DNA of 64,000 bases from Bispira polyomma (taxonomy: Eukaryota): positions 37,510,001 to 37,574,000 of the forward strand of contig OZ287756.1 in the NCBI GenBank assembly GCA_965649765.1, in the 5' to 3' direction. This document shows positions 28,016 through 42,176 of the stretch, one piece after another. The notes below the pieces were generated by a model. That model searched no databases. It was not told where the DNA came from and saw nothing but the letters and a program-made list of their open reading frames with translations. Both the position numbers and the translations under genes were made by a program. Numbering within the stretch: the stretch's first letter is position 1; each line of letters starts with the position of its first letter.

Positions 28016-30000
28016 ATAGTGACATTTGCCTAATTATAGCCAACTGTTTGACATATGACGATCATATGTTATTTGGTGCTTTATCATATTCATACAATGC
28101 ATGATACACTTAAATCTGAAAAACAAGATGGCCACCATGCTGAATTTTCAAAAATAGTCTGTGGTCAAAGCTCTTGAACTAGAATCACCGATGATATAGA
28201 GGATCAGGGAACACAGAGTAAAACCTTTTATGACTTTCAGCTAAAGCAATTGAATGTGGAGGCCACATGACTCAATTTTTATATTTTTATAAAATGGTAA
28301 GAGATAGACTTCTAATCGATTTCCAACCCGCTAGAGTAGAAAGGGTGTAATACAGGCCAATATTGACACATATGTACATTGTATCTGTCTAGTTTTGCCC
28401 AATGATCTATTGCAGAACACTAGTATGCAGCAGACTCACTACCAATGCTGCAGTTTTTACTACATAAAGCCCACCTAATGATCTTAACAGGGATAAGAGT
28501 ATGCATGTACAAGTCTCTGACTGTATCCAAATAACCAGATTCACATATCACAGTACCTGTCTTATCTTTAAACTGTAGAGTATTCCACTGTTTATGAATA
28601 TATAAACTCCTCCCATTGTTTCGTCTTGAAATAAAAAATATCCTCAATGAATTCTCCTTTACTTATCGTACCATAGTCTGGCATACAAGCCCCCAGTGTC
28701 ACAATGTTAGTATGTTTATGAATTAAACTTTAACAAGATCTCCAGTTCCCATGACTAATCATATAAAGGTGAAGGTATCCTAGATCTAAAAGCTATATCA
28801 TGTTGTGTCACCCTAATTTGTGACTGACTGTACATATACTTTGTTTGGTATTTTACAGCAACAATGATTTATCCAATCTAAATTACAGTTATTAATGCAG
28901 TCCCAAAGTAACAATCTGTTGTATACAATTGTATATCCTTAAAATCATCAAAAACATTTTGATAAAGACACAAATTTCGAAAAACCTTTCCCCATTTAGA
29001 ATATCTGTAGCCATAGTTTACAGTGCTTGTATTTCTGTCCTGTGTGAGTTTCTCTGTCAGTAACAGCATGTAGTTTACTGGGTGAGAAGTCCCAGTCAGG
29101 GTTGGTACTTTTTCTCTTACTAAAGCCCTCCTGTCATCTAATCCACATCACTATGCCACATAAAACCTCTCAAACAAACAGCTTAAAACTAATTCACTCT
29201 CTTTCATCAATGCAAAGTCTCCTTTTTGATGCTTTAATTAGACACCATTTATCTTATGCCAGTAACACCTATATTAATTTTGAACATTAGGTAATACCAG
29301 TCAATTTGTAACCAGCTTTTGTCCTGATATACAAGCTAGTATAGAGACAATTAGTCCCAATTAGAGGTGCACACTGGTGTTTTAGCTTTTATCTCCTGTA
29401 TGGCACCATTTATGGAAATGTCCAGTGTGACCTGACTCTGAGAATTGTTTAGGATATTTTACTCAAAGATTTATTTTAAATGTTAGAAAATCAACCAAAT
29501 GTTTCTGCTCAATGATCAACTTCTAACAAGGAATTAAGTTAGACATTTTCATAGCTATTGGTTACTGGACCTTGTTACTGCTAGTAATTTGTAAACCACT
29601 AGAAAACAAATTCCTGTGTGTTTGAGTTCACACGCAAGGCGTCACTTCTGTTGACAGAAGACAAGCAGTGATGTTAACAATGTGTTACACCAAAAGGTGC
29701 CAAATTGTATGCTGTTAGTCCTCTAACTGGAGATAATGAGACCAGTATTAGATTGAACCCTACATGTCTCACATAACTCACTCACTTAGAACTTCTAGAA
29801 ATGGCTCCAAGACATTTGACAAGCTATTCTACAGGGCCTTACTGCTCAAAGAAATGACAAACAAGCAATGTCTCCTAGTTAGAGTATTATCACAATGACA
29901 AAGTCACAGAGAGCATCTGACAATAAATGAATAGCACAACAAAAAACTAGCCTAAAAAACTGAATTTAAAGCTAACTTTGTACAACAACAAAATAAGAAT

Positions 30001-30255
30001 TTTATAAAATGTCACAAGCACTGTATGTAAGTATTGAAAAACATCAAGTGTATGTTTTTATAAAATGTCACAAGCACTGTATGTAAGTATTGAAAAACAT
30101 CAAGTATATGTTTTTATAAAATGTCACAAGCACTGTATGTAAGTATTGAAAAACATCAAGTATAGGTTTTTATAAAATGTCATAAGCACTGTATGTAAGT
30201 ATTGAAAAACATCAAGTATAGGTTTTTATAAAATGTCATAAGCACTGTTTGTTAG
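30001..30255. repeat. Tandem repeat, 56 bp x ~4.5
   Basis: tttataaaatgtcacaagcactgtatgtaagtattgaaaaacatcaagt... Confidence 0.95.
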
Positions 30256-31188
30256 TATTTATCAAAATGTTAACTATATTTTTTGATATTTTTCATGTAA
30301 GATTTTTTTAGATAGAGGATATATATTTACATTGTCATAATACAACTGACCTAATAGTAAAATCATGAGAGTATGGTTAAGTCATCACAACAAAATCAGC
30401 ACAAGTCCAACTGGGCACCAAATGCACATAAACTACTTGTCACCACTGACGTATAATTAACTAAATTGTTACTTGTAGTGAATTATAATTCTATACTTTG
30501 TTTGACAAACCCTAGAAATGCAGCTAATACATAACATATAAAAACAATAAAAGTATTGCTGGCCAGTTTACACTTACATTGGATAGGAAGAAAGCTAATT
30601 TTATTTATAAAATTGTGTTTCTATTCAGCTGACATAGCTAAATATATATATCAATCTAAATGATTTCTGACATATTTTTTCTAAACTGTTTACTTATACA
30701 TACAAAATTGTCTTCATTTACAATTATTAAAAATAGAATGTTTATTTATTTTGTTGGTAAATTTGTTTAGTGCAGAGTTTGTAAGAAAGTAGCAATGATT
30801 TTGTAAGACTGATGCCAAGTTGGTTGGTGCCAAGTTAACCTATACATGTATATTCAAATCATGTTTGTTATACAGGTCTTACCTCTGAGAAAAGAGGACA
30901 CTATTTGTGGTGTATTTACTAACTAGTAGTGTATAGGTGCAACTTAGTGTATTTCATGGAAAGCTTCACTACTTTGTTGATACAAAACATATGAGAGATG
31001 CCGAACTCCACTCTTACTGTGTGCTCCAAGATTCCCAGATTTTACACCAAAACAGCCCTTAATGGGCAAAAATACAAGCATGTCATGCCTTGTAATAGTG
31101 TTATCAATGATCATGCAACAATAATCAAAAGACTTCTCTGAAGAAACTTGGTCCACTGAATGCAAACTTTTGTTATAACAATGCTTAC

Positions 31189-31260
31189 CTCTGGCAGAAG
31201 TACAATGCAAACTTTTCCTTTGGTCCAATGACCGGCTTTTCATGTGAGGTTCTGCATCAT
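31189..31260 (-). CDS. raskol: 72-nt symmetric (phase 1-1) internal exon of the RasGAP gene (DDAEPHMKSRSLDQRKSLHCTSAR)
   Basis: Acceptor ttgttatgttttag|AT and donor AGAG|gtaagc. The frame is open, and the final G completes the GAC (Asp) codon with the 9827 exon. Confidence 0.65.
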
Positions 31261-31919
31261 CTAAAACATAACAACAGGGAAAGTAGCAGTGGATATCCAA
31301 ACTTGTGGTCAGTCTTTCGAAGAGGATCTACAGTTTACCTGGTCAAGCACCAGGTTTGTGATGCATGTGTGCTGTCCAGACAGTATCTTTGGTGACATCA
31401 GATTAGCAGTACACATTCAATGATGGCAGTTGTCTGGACAACCAGCCATTGTCTTACAACCTTCTACATTTCATCTAGCTTTAAAGAAAATACCTCTCAA
31501 GCACAAGGCTTCCCTTGTTGGGTGATCTAGATGAGTGCATATTACAACATGGCGCCAGATTTGGATAAAAGCTCTAAAAAACTTGTGCAGTATACATTGT
31601 AATATTTACTTTAATTTAAAGGCTAACCAAACAAACAAAAAAGGAATATCATCTACAAAAATTGTGCAACACATTTTCCTTATAAAAGATCCTGTAATTT
31701 TGAAGTTTAGTACTTTACTTGCCCAAGTTTTTTATCTGAATCTTGCTCAGGGCTTACTAATTTCGGTGCTAATTTCAGAATGAGGTATGAATTAAAGAAT
31801 TTTAAAATAGTATACACTCATGTAACTGTTTGATTTATTGGCAAAAAAATGTATTATTCCATAATTTACACAGGAAATGGTATAATTACTTACATAAATG
31901 CATGTCTTCTCTTAAAATC

Positions 31920-32150
31920 TTCTTTTTGTTTCTAGAAAATAGACCCATTCTTGTGATATTACCTGTATTTATCTATAGAAATGCATTGTGTAATTTCTAA
32001 TCTTTTTGTTTTTAGATAATAGAATCGATCCTTATGACATTATCTGTATTTATCCATGGAAATATATTGTGCAATCTTTTTGTTTCTAGAAAAAGATCCA
32101 TCTTTATGATATTATCTGTATTTATCCATAGAAATGCATTGTGTAATTGC
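31920..32150. repeat. Degenerate tandem repeat, ~75-80 bp x3
   Basis: tctttttgtttctaga...tattatctgtatttatccatagaaatgcattgtg repeated. Confidence 0.8.
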
Positions 32151-33204
32151 CAATCCTTTTCACCTTTTGAAAGCAACCATCAATATCGAGGTTTTGCTTT
32201 TCTTGTTTTCTGGTCTGATTGTTGTATAACCAACCTTTTTACTGTAGAGTAGTGAACATACATTTCTACATTTCAATTATCTACAAACTTCTACAACTGA
32301 AACAACAGCTATTTTTACATTAGTGTATTTTTTAGCATTACACCAGGTTATTTACACAATGTCATGCAGGGCCCAAACTCTGATAAGATTTTGTCTCAAG
32401 TTTTACCTTTGTCCCATTTTTCTAGCTACTGTATCCTGTTCAGAGTTGGCCTCTCAAACCTTACTGTAGAGACTGTGTAAAGTGCCTATACCGTGCTCCT
32501 AATCCAAACACTAAGCAAAGGTAATAGTACTGATATAATTAATGAAATAAACTCTTATCATGCAATTCCAGCCAGGTTTTATCCCAGTTGTCTTGCCATA
32601 TTTATAATGTTTGAAGTGTACACAGTTGGAGTGCCTTGGTGAATTCACAGCTGCTATAAGCAGCCCAGTGTGAAGCAGTTTTTGGAAGCTAACTGTTGTG
32701 CCGTAAAGGTTGCCATTCCCCTGTACACTATATCATGATTGAAGTAAGAATCCTCTGCAGATCTAGTGTTGTAAAAACTCCACTTTATAACATCATTGTC
32801 TGTTTTATTGAACAACCACATGGTACACTGAAATTATTACAGTTTTGTGCTGGTTTGTAAAACAGACTTTTCCAAACACAGATGAATTGATTCATATAAA
32901 ATTTACTGGTATGTCATAATTGTGAGCCCACATTTCTGTGCAGCAGACTGCTTATTGTTGACGGGTAGTGACCAACACTGATTCTGTCGCTTTATATATT
33001 TCATATTGGTGTGTTTCCATTAACCCAACATGTGCCAATATCTTTTCTATTAGGATTTGTCGATTTTGGCTGCAAGCAGGCAAACAAGCCAGGAAAAGAC
33101 ATACCATACTTGTTTTAGGTAAACTAAAACTTGTACCAACAGCGCAGGCAACTACAAGCGAATATTTTTTTTTTGAAGTGGGATATTTAACGTCCACTCT
33201 AGTA

Positions 33205-33412
33205 CCTGTTTAGGTTATATTGGGACGGGTAGTTGGAAACGCTGAAGGAAACACTGCATTCAGTTGATAAAGGTTCTGCACTGAAACTAGCGGCCCACAA
33301 TTATAAGGAACTACCACCTTACCCACATAGGCATTGACAGAAGAAGAACTCACGCCGCCCAGAGGTGAGAGACCAGTGATTGTGATTGTCACTAGGCCAC
33401 CGCGGCCCCCCA
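33205..33412 (-). mobile_element. tRNA-derived SINE
   Basis: Minus strand begins gggggccgcggtggcctagtg (Pol III A-box-like), then tcacctctgggcggcgtgagttc (degenerate B-box region); CpG-rich. Confidence 0.65.
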
Positions 33413-36400
33413 ACCACAAGTGGGACATATGTACATGTATGTGTAGTCTATCACGAATGGGATATGTTTCTGGGGTAACAAAATGTACCTATTATCAAAC
33501 CTAAACAGCCTATATTATAATAAATCCATTTATTAAATTTGAAGATATCTATAGTACTATTCCTTTAAATAAACAGAAACCACTTTCATATTGGCGGCTA
33601 GGACACTTATCTTTTCTTTTTTAACGGGCCCAAAATCAATCCTAAGCAAGCTATATCCACATTAGACTCATGTACTACATTTGGTAAAGATGTCTGCAGT
33701 AGGTAAGATGTTGAAGGCTTTTTGGAATGTTTTTTGGAATGGGCTGCAAATCAATCCTAAGTATGCTATAGCCATAAAAAAACCTGTATAATAATTTTGG
33801 TAAAGATATCTACAGTACCTTTCCTTTCTTTAAAGGCGTGAAACTAAAATTTGAATGGCAAAGCATAACAACAAGATAAGAGTGGCCCATAGGGCCACAC
33901 GTAGATTGTCTGTCACTGAGTACTTGTTAATACGATGAAACTATATGACGACAGATAACAAATTAAAGTATTATTTATATTTAGTAAAATTTCTGTCAGC
34001 AAAATAATATATGGTAAATGCTCATATTTTCGGCTCATTTCACGTTTTACCAGTAATAAAGAATCAATTTTTGTTTTAAAAGTAACTCCTACTTTAACAA
34101 AATTAAATCTAAAAAATATACCAATGTCACTTCATATCGTAACTTTATATTTTAAAATGGCCCACAAAACCACAAGGATTAATTATTTATCTAATAAGAA
34201 ATATTTACGTCGGTAAAATAACTTCCAGTCACTAACGGCTTGTTTTTATGGGTAGATAGGTCGACAGATAATATTTTTTTTCTTATAGGTAGACAGGTAA
34301 TACAAAAATTTATCATTTATTTCTAATAAAATCTATTTTTAATAAATGAAAAATATAAAAAATTTTCATTTATTTTAGCTTATTTTTTAACCTATTGACC
34401 TTTGAATGTGAATTGCAACAAATGAATATTTTATTCTGTGAAATTGATTATGTTTGGAGGTATACTAGATATTCAGACCTCAGGGCAAGACAGTCTCAAA
34501 ATTCTGTGCATGTGAGCAATTTATCATTGCTGAATTATGACACTCTGCGTTTCCAATGGGAATTTCTGAAACTCAGAATCTGTTTGGGGTAACTGGACGA
34601 TTCAACCTATTCTTCCTGAGAAGGTATAGGGGCAAGTCCTCCCTAAAACAAGGTCGTCCCAAACCAACTCATCCCCAGCACTAAAAACTTGGATCCATAT
34701 ATATATCAAAGTCGGACCCACATATTTAACAGTCGGCCCTCTATATTTAACTTTTGTACTTGCAATTTCAGGAGCAGATTTCATGTCTCATATTTCTCAA
34801 GAAGACAAACAGATGACACAAGTACAAGAACAGTTCAAAATTATTTCAATGAAGCCAGCTCAAACTCTATTGAGATTTAAATTAGAGTAATGATCTTTCA
34901 CTGTACAAGATGTGATACACATTTAAACTGAAGACATTATAGATTTAAAGTATAACAAAGTTAAAACAATAATAGTCACATTTATAACAATGTAATTTAT
35001 TTTAATAACAAGGATAAAGATTTACAAATATTAGTAAAACCTAATATTCTATAAGTATGGTCACATTTCAGTAGAATGGAGATAAGTGATATAATACTGA
35101 AACATAAAATCCTTGGAAAAGAAAAAGAATAGAATTTGAAGAACTTCCAAGCTAATATACCTGTAACATTGAGAAATGGGGAAAAGAATTGAAGGTAAGG
35201 TAATACATATTTCTACACATCAATAGGAAGGGACAGTGTTCGAAACTGCTGCCCCCCTCCTCGCCATTGTCTTGCAACTTTAGTGCGAGACGAAAAAGAA
35301 TTTTAACTTTCTAGACAAACGTCTAGCCACGGTATAGCAACTTTTCAGTCGCCATTTTGAAATTTATTAAAGAAAACGACTTCTCAATAGATTCTTGGGG
35401 ATTTGTTTTATTTTATAATTATTCCTTAAATAACAGATTCTGTAAACAAAACAACCAAATATTTCACTCTGTGCAGCTTCTAAAATATTAAACTACAGTC
35501 GCTGTTTGTCTGCTACATTTTCATTGGTTCATAATCAAGTTGTCCTGTGACAATCAATCAACTGCTAGCATTATTCTAGCAAATTGCAAGCGCCGCCTAT
35601 CGAGTGCGAGATTTGTTACCACATAAAAGCCAGCATGGCATAATAGTACAGTATATAATTTATTCAAACCCTAGCAACCATAAAGGGGAAGTTTTCGTTT
35701 TTTGTATTGCACATCAGATGCATATATCAGGTGTGGTTTGTTCTGTCTGCTTCCAATACACTTTTTGAAGAATATAAGCCATTTTAATTTGACTTATTGA
35801 CTAAATTGCTAATTTTTGTCCCCCTAATTTGAAAGTTAATTTTCATTGACACATTTCCTTTTTCTGGACTGTTGAACTTCTTTAGAATTAAGTTTGGTTG
35901 ATCATGCTTGGTGACTTGTTCAGTGACTTAATATACAATATAGACGACTACGCCAGCATTAATTACTGGGCGGAGTCTTGGCGGGAAACACTCGGCAAAG
36001 TTATACCAGGAAAAAAACCTGCCAATCACTTTGTCCATAGCAACAGGCCCACCGAATGAATCCGAATACATAAAAACTGTAATAATTCCTTAAAGATAAG
36101 CACCAAATGTACCCCAAAAAAGTTGCAACTTCTGGAACACATACTCTGGATATATGCCGAATTTTATCCCTCAACTTCCAATAGTCTGATATTTGCTTGT
36201 CCTATCCCAGTGTCCAGGCTAGATCATCTCTATAATATTATAAATAGATTGGCCTTGATTGGCCAATCTGCTAAAAAACTACGTCTCCCTCCTTCATCAA
36301 AGTTAAGAGTCGCATAAATGTTTTTATGCTCCACAGAATCAGCCCCCAATATTAGCCTATGTTTCCATGTGTCAGACTTTAGCTGAGAGCAGATGATAGA

Positions 36401-37689
36401 CACCCAACAGCAGATCGTTGTGTTTCCATGCTTATGATTCTAGTGGCTGATTTTGTCAAAAATATAATATTTTATCTTTAAAATATGAATTTCTTAGTTT
36501 GTGTTTACGGCCTACAGCCGATACCAAACATTTTTTGCCGCAATATTTTATCTTAAAAATATAGATTTTTTAGTTTGTTACGGCCTACAGCCGATACCAA
36601 AGATTTTTGCTGAAAAGAATAATAGAATCAGTCAGTGTTGGCTGGCTGTCAGCAAGTACATGCGTTGGAATCACATGCTTCCACACATTAAAGCATTTAT
36701 AGTTGGCTGTAAGCTGCCAGTTACCTGTTATTCGCTATCCACGATCTGCTACATTCAAAATTAATTTTATCAATATTGTTTAACAATCTACACTAACAAT
36801 AAACTAAGTGAACCATGTAATAAATATGTGCTTCACATTTTCTTAATATGTTGAAATACTGAATATGTTAAAAACACAAAAAAGTCCTAAAATTGCTATT
36901 ATTTGCAGGAACCTTTGCTAAACCATTTACAGAATATACTCATATATGATTTTACTGCTAACTTGTATTAGCACATCGTTGCACTGTTGTTGAGATAAGG
37001 GCAATTTAAATATGCCTAGTCATATCAGATAGAAACACAAAATTCAGAGTGATACAGTGTAAATAGAGAGCATACCTCTGCCACAGTGCCCAAAAGTGAA
37101 AACAAATACCTGGATCCACCCTTCTACTGAGATCCACTCTTACAATTTAATGGATTTGTCCATGGCCCAATCACCATCCCTCCACTACACCTACACACCT
37201 AAGAAATAATGGTACCAAATATGAACTTCTATGGCCTTATTGTTTCTTTCTGAAAACTAGCCCCGGCAGTTGATGCTCGCCCAACAGCCTCTCCAGATGG
37301 CCCTTGTGAAGTCAATATTCCATAGCCTATATAAAGGCTGTGTCCTAAAAAACAAAATTAATTGTATTTAATAAGGTATTATTTAATAAGTAAAATAGAT
37401 ATTTGTAAAATGCAGGCAGAGTTTTAGTAAGCACCGAGATATGAGATATTTTTTAAAAATTACAAACTTTCAAGATCGCTCCAGAAATTAAAAATTTCAA
37501 CAAATTTTTTAAACGTTGACCTCTGTATACAGAAACCCTAATAGATGGAAAATAAGCCCCAAATTACACCAATTTTGATATTTGACATTTTTGGAAGAGT
37601 TTCAAAAATTCAAAATGGTTGCTATGGTAAACACCTGTCAGACTGCCTGCAAAAATAGAATGTAAATGATATACATGTATATTGAGCAG

Positions 37690-39245
37690 TTGGCTCTAAC
37701 GCTCACTCTTCTAGTTCTCTCAGCAGCTTTTCATACCACTGACCATGGTTTACTATTTAAAACCCTTAAACAGTGGTTTAGACTAAGTTAGCATTTCCAT
37801 GCAGGCAACTTTCTGAGGCGACCAGCCGACGTTTAACAGGCAATTTCAATTTTTATGTTTCTATACAATTATTTGAGAAAAATAGATACCTGTATTTAAA
37901 CCTGAATATCTTAGCCATTTCTAAACCGATTTTGATGCAACAAAAAGCACAATATACCCGATAAAATAAGCTTCCTCACCAAATTTTCATAAAATTTATA
38001 CCTTCAGTAATTTTTGAGTTATTACAAAAAAATCGGCAATGTTTACAAGGCGACGGCAACGCCAGGTGATTTTTTTCGCTCCTAGTAGCGAAAAAATCGC
38101 CTGGGATTGCCTGTCGCCTATCGGTGTTGCTCACATGGAAACACTTTGTTTTAAATTAATAAAACTGATAGAATCGCCGTCGGCCGTCGCCTGATCGCCT
38201 CAGAAAGTTGCCTGCATGGAAACGCTCACTAAATGTTACTCTTTTTGATTAAATTAGATCCTATATGGGTCTCAAACTGAATGATCATTTCTCATCCTCA
38301 TTCAATCTACCTTTTGTACCCCAAATTTTGGTCCTCGAGCCCCTACTTTTTAGCCCCTACACACATCCCTTCAGTACAGTTACCAATAAGCACAATGTTA
38401 AACACCACACATATTCTGACAACACTGAAATCTATTTTTCTTTCAACCCTTAAAATGCCCACAAAAATCTTGGTCTACTTGTTGACTGTCTCTCCTCAGT
38501 CCAGGCCTGGATGAATTATCTAAACGGAAGTTATATCCTGACAAAACTGAATTTATTCTCATTGGTAGCAAGAAATGCAGTGAGTACTTCAGATCATTAT
38601 TTCTCATTACACTTCTGAGCAATGGTATACAGCCTTCTGATGACGTTCATAACCTCAGTGTCCCTATTGACTCTACTTTTTCATTTGATATGCACTTGAG
38701 TAATATTTCTCACTCCTGCTGCAAAAGAATGAGAAATCACTTGTCACTGGATACTCCTATCACTGTGGCTAACTCCCTTGTAAGTAGCCGCCTCAACTAC
38801 TGCAATTCCCTTCTGTTTTACATATACTAGTTGCAGTCTATTCAAAACTATCTACACATGTATAAAAAGCCATTTTCATCTGGGGAGCTGTATTGCTGTC
38901 TCTCCATACCTCCAAAATTACATTGGTGTCCTATTCACTATCAAATTTTGTTTAAAATCCATGTCTCCACCTTGATAGCTGTTGTCTCTAAACATCACTC
39001 CTACTCTGCTCCTACTCTGCTGCTCTTCACTTCACCAACCTTAACAGGGGAAAGAGACTTTCTGTTTCCTCTGTAAAACTTACCAAAAGGCTGGATCTAG
39101 AGCTTTCTCTATTGCACACCCACACATCCTTTTTTACAACTGTGGCCAGGTTTTTGGATTTCTCGATGGGTTAAGTGATTCTGTTGTTGGGCTTTAGAAG
39201 ATGCCTTACATCAATAAAGCATGTTAAAAATACATAATAAAACTA
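37690..39245 (+). mobile_element. Decayed L2/CR1-group LINE ORF2 (RT to 3' end), interrupted by a MITE
   Basis: Motif remnants LSAAFxTxDH, VPQxxVLxPLLFSxY, HTYSDNTEIY (YADD), PDKTEFILIG, LVSSRLNYCNSLL, LQSIQN, LHWxPI; frameshifted; tail shared with 9110-9187. Confidence 0.9.
37787..38229. mobile_element. PIF/Harbinger-type MITE (family B, copy 1), 443 bp, nested in L2
   Basis: ~35-bp TIR gttagcatttccatgcaggcaactttctgaggcga / tcgcctcagaaagttgcctgcatggaaacgctcac; TAA duplication at 37784-86 and 38230-32. Confidence 0.9.
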
Positions 39246-39284
39246 TAAATAAAAGACTATAACCCTACATTAATATTACTTCCT

Positions 39285-39485
39285 GTGATGAGTGGCTCGG
39301 ATGACCACTTAAAATGGCGGTCCTCTGTCACTGAGTAATATCTCCAGTGGCAGATTAAAGATCCTTGGGGACGTTGATAAATGGTCATCCTCAAGCACCT
39401 CACCGCCCATAGTGGCTGCCCATGAGGAAGCGCATTTGAAAGGACGCTGTGTTCTGTAAGTGTGCTATAACAAATGTACTATTTC
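39285..39485 (+). mobile_element. 5'-truncated SINE with Meta-domain-like core and L2-like tail
   Basis: taaaatggcggtcctctgt...gattaaagatcc resembles the remembered MetaSINE core; tail aagcgc...gtgctataacaaatg. Confidence 0.5.
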
Positions 39486-40019
39486 ATGAGTAGTTTTTGA
39501 GATATTGTTATTTAAAAGGTCAAGGTCACTGAAACTGCTATGGCATATCTACTCATTTGTTCTTCCATTAAAACACTTATTTGATCAAATTAATATTTTC
39601 TATAACTAATCTAACTCTTTTACACTAATTTGGTCAAATGTTAATACCACCACAAATTGAAAGCTAAGTCACTTTTAACTAGTCGAAATACTGTATGGGA
39701 ACATTTTACAAACCTGATGATGACGAAGAAAAAACTACTTTGTATGAGGCCTTTGTGGATCAGTTTTGATGAAGATGTAGCCTAATTAACTACTTTTATT
39801 CTATTAACGTGACTCTTACTAACATAAAAAGTCTTGCATAATATACACCATACACTGGCATGGGTATTAATTTTAAACCTAAACTTTGCTGATTAAAGGT
39901 CAAATTGTGGTAAGATCTTGTGCCCCCAATTGAATATTTGTACCAATTTATCAAATATCAATTTCCTAAATTAAGTTGTTCCTAGTATCTAGATAGGACC
40001 ACCCGCAAGCTGGACACTT

Positions 40020-41985
40020 AAAATATTTTTAAAAAAACATTTTTTATATACAAGACAAATACAAAAATTTTAGCAATGAAATCAAAATGTATGTATCAAT
40101 TACTTCTTTAAAAAACAGTGATACGTCCATTCTAACAACATCAATTGTAACAGTGTACAAATTTAAAATGTTGGAAGCATTGTTTCAAATATCAAGACGG
40201 TAAAGACAATTTCCTGTTTATATGTATATTATAGTTCCTTACATACCTGAAAATAAAGACTATTTTTAAATATCAATTCCTGTAAAAATATTTCCCCACA
40301 TAATCCACCTTTTTCTAAGTTGATTATCTTGGGAATTTATTGTATTTAATGGATAACTTTTCTTCGAACAATAATATATATATCTTCTTGTAACTAATAG
40401 AATTAGATTCATAGGCCAAAATGTCTGGTCCATGGACAGGTAACTTAAGTATTTTCACAATATTAGTCATTATATAATCCATTCCAAGTCGATTTAAATT
40501 CCATTTCTTTTATATTTTCCCATAACTAAACCACTTTTGTGCAATTGCAAAATATATGGCTGCAGAAGAAACAGTTGGTAAGCTTTTTGTGGTAATCTTT
40601 AGTTCCTAAAATTTTAAAAAGTATCCGATATTGAAACCAAATGAGACTCTTCGTGAGCGTTTCCATACAGGCAATTTTCTAAGTCGATAAGTCGATGCCC
40701 AACAGCAATTTGATCAGTTTCACTGATTTAAAACCAAGTTTTCCCATTTAGGCAATGCTGATAGGCAGCAGGCAATACAAGGCAATTTTTTTGCTCTTAG
40801 TAATAAAAAAAAATCACCTAGCATTGCATGTCACAGCGTAAACATTGTCTATTCTTTATTAAAAACTCAGAAATTACTTAACGTAAAATTTTTGTGAAAA
40901 TATGGTGATAAAGCTTATTTTTATCGGGTTTATGGTGCTTTTTGTTGCATCAAAATCGGTTGATAAATGGCTAAAATTTTTAAATACAGGTATCTATTTA
41001 AAAAAAATTATTTTATGTAAACATAAAACTGATGGAAATTGCTTTTGTCTCATGGTTACAGAAAATTGCCTGCATGAAAACACTTCTCATTTACGCTTTT
41101 AAAACATATTTTGTAAACGATTGCAAAAACATCCCTAGAACCGTGTTGAAGATGATCATCTTTTAACATGTTACACCCGATTCTTTCACATAATGGTTTC
41201 TGACTTGTATATACTTTATTCTAAGGTTAAAGAGTTCCTTACAGCCTTTATTGGGTCCTTAAACAGTGTTCAAATAAAATGGATATGTTGGTTTTTTAAG
41301 TATTTAAGGATCTGCCCTTCTGTGTTTCACAATAAATGATTTTACCCTTAATTTAACTGTGTAATAGTTTAAAATATTTATGTCATAATATTTGATTTTG
41401 ATTTTTTCAGGATTTGATATTTCTCAATTGGGATCAGTTATATCCTAAATCATATAAATCCCATTCTTGAACTAATTGGACAGAATGTTTTGAAAATTTT
41501 TGAATTGTACCACATACAAGTTCGCAAAATATCAGTGGAGATATTTTGCTTCCCGCATAAGAGCATCTAGTCATCCAAATGTTTTGGCAAAATTTGTTCT
41601 GAATTTTTTTTGAGATTTTATTGCACCATTCATCACCAAATGGTATAATTCTATCAATGTTTCCATATATTTCTAATAACAGTTTATACTAAAGGGAGTT
41701 TGACTGAAATAATAGTTTTTTTATCCAAATGATTTTAGAGCCTTTTCAAAATTATATACGTTAATCATTTTCATCCCGCTTTGGAAATAGAACAAATCAC
41801 AGTACTCTTAATTCTATCAGGTTTTCAGTCCCACAAAAAGTTATACAGGAACTTATTTACAGTTTGAAGTAAACAATCAGGCTGCTGTATTGAAGGTAAT
41901 AGGTGAATACATTTAGATACAATATTAGTTTTTATAATCATTGTTTTTCAAATGGGGTTAGGTACCTGCTATTACTTTTTTTTAA
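40020..41985 (-). mobile_element. Decayed Tx1/L1-clade LINE ORF2 3' portion
   Basis: Minus-strand remnants RYLTP..IKTNIVSKCIHL, FLWD.KPDRIK, MKMINVYNFEKALK, and a C-terminal CFFC..HIFCNC zinc-knuckle-like motif. Confidence 0.8.
40653..41086. mobile_element. MITE family B, copy 2 (inverted, more decayed), nested in the Tx1-like LINE
   Basis: gtgagcgtttccatacaggcaattttct / agaaaattgcctgcatgaaaacac; interior is the reverse complement of 37787-38229. Confidence 0.85.
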
Positions 41986-42176
41986 TAGCTGTGGCCAACC
42001 ATACCGCTGATTTGTGAACTAGGCATACGAGAGAAGAACTCGGAACCAACAACTTGTATCACAGAGAGGATCTGACAGTCCTAATATACATAGCTACTTG
42101 ATACAAAATGATATATCTATGTACAATGTTATAATTTTATAACTTGATTCCCATAAGCTTAGCCAACACTCATTTA

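Noticed and set aside
33205-33412. tRNA gene
   Set aside because: Only a degenerate tRNA-like head followed by a SINE body; no cloverleaf.
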